A stretch of DNA of 64,000 nucleotides from an uncultured Gemmatimonadales bacterium (GTDB lineage: Bacteria > Gemmatimonadota > Gemmatimonadetes > Longimicrobiales > Gaopeijiaceae), in assembly GCA_963823035.1 (NCBI GenBank), contig CAWGKG010000013.1:1-64000 (forward strand), given 5' to 3'. Position 1 is the stretch's first letter; every line of letters begins with the position of its first letter. A program made the position numbers and the translations under genes. The notes beneath the pieces were generated by a model. That model ran no database searches and was not told the DNA's origin. It saw only the letters and a program-made list of their open reading frames with translations. This document shows, piece after piece, positions 63,356-64,000 of the stretch.

Positions 63356-64000
63356 TCACCGCAGGGCGCCGCCGCCGGTCCAATCTCCGATGTCGCAGCG
63401 GTCGGGGTGAGCGATGCCGTAGCCGACATCACCCTGCGTGTCAGGACCTTGATCACGCCTCCCGCCCCGCCGGTTCCGTACTCCCAGCCACGGCTCGCGC
63501 CCTTCAGGATCTCCATCGAGGCCACGTCCTGCGGCCGGAAGTCGCGTAGCGCCCTCATCCCGTCCGCCACCTGTACGCCGTCGAAGACCACCACCGGCGG
63601 GTTCACGCCCTGAGCGGTCCGGATGCGTCCCTGCAGAGACGCGCCGGTACCGGGCTGCCCTCCCTCCGGACCCACCATGTCGGGCGCGAGTCGGCGAAGC
63701 GCATCGAGCAGGTTCCGCGGGTTCATCTCCAGCAGCTCCTCGCTGCTGTAGTAGGCTCCCTCGGAGCGCTTCTTCAACTGAGCGAGGGTGGGGCCCTGGC
63801 CGACCATCTCGGTGGGCACGGCGAAGGCGACCCGCTTGATCTCACCCGGCGCGAGCGTGACCTCCCCGAAGGAGACGTTGCAGCGGCCGGTGACGATCGC
63901 GACGCGGTGGCGGCCCACGGGCACGTCCTCCACGACGTAGCGCCCCGCCTCGTCGCTGGTGACCCGCTCACCGGTATCGAAGCGGAGTTGCACGTTGGGG
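63356..64000 (-). CDS. Carboxypeptidase-regulatory-like plus TonB plug domain protein; 5' end outside window, probable frameshift near 63435
   Basis: TSDEAGRYVVEDVPVG, LLDALRRLAP, PVVVFDG, DVASMEILKGASRGWEYGTGGAGGVIKVLTR, then the gene ends without a barrel. Confidence 0.7.

Overview
This is a very GC-rich bacterial chromosomal window, roughly 70% GC by eye. The gene mix suggests Gemmatimonadota (inference): a SusC/SusD pair, a PadR plus orphan duplicated permease, a barrel-less TonB-plug protein and many secreted peptidases. Many genes are split by single-base indels, most densely at about 44-50 kb, which looks like long-read assembly error, so several ORF-track calls are artefactual fusions or fragments. 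I saw no rRNA, tRNA, CRISPR array or transposase. In order, the window holds: a GH95 fucosidase, an M1 aminopeptidase, a two-domain cupredoxin lipoprotein, an asparagine-synthase-like remnant, a five-gene acid-metabolism operon, PadR/ADOP, a stand-alone infC with an ATT start, an M20 peptidase, a TetR-TolC-EmrA-EmrB efflux operon, a serine hydrolase, a PIN toxin-antitoxin pair, a GltD-like flavoprotein with 2-oxoacid:ferredoxin oxidoreductase, four minor pilins, an M28 peptidase, a small basic protein, a large NAD-GDH, YhaO/YhaN, an alpha/beta hydrolase, a pgeF operon, sucA, a second M28 peptidase, a quinone oxidoreductase, a DEDDh exonuclease, a VPS10-like protein, susCD and an RnfD-like/Sel1 protein. 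Two candidates stand out. (1) An OsmC-family gene has an in-frame UGA at its catalytic Cys position, followed by a SECIS-like hairpin. It is a probable selenoprotein, translationally coupled to pgeF and a small 4-Cys protein. (2) The five-gene operon is LeuB/LeuC/LeuD-like but has no condensing synthase. An HMG-CoA-lyase-type enzyme and a class III CoA-transferase sit in its place, and the dehydrogenase carries an NADP-type signature.
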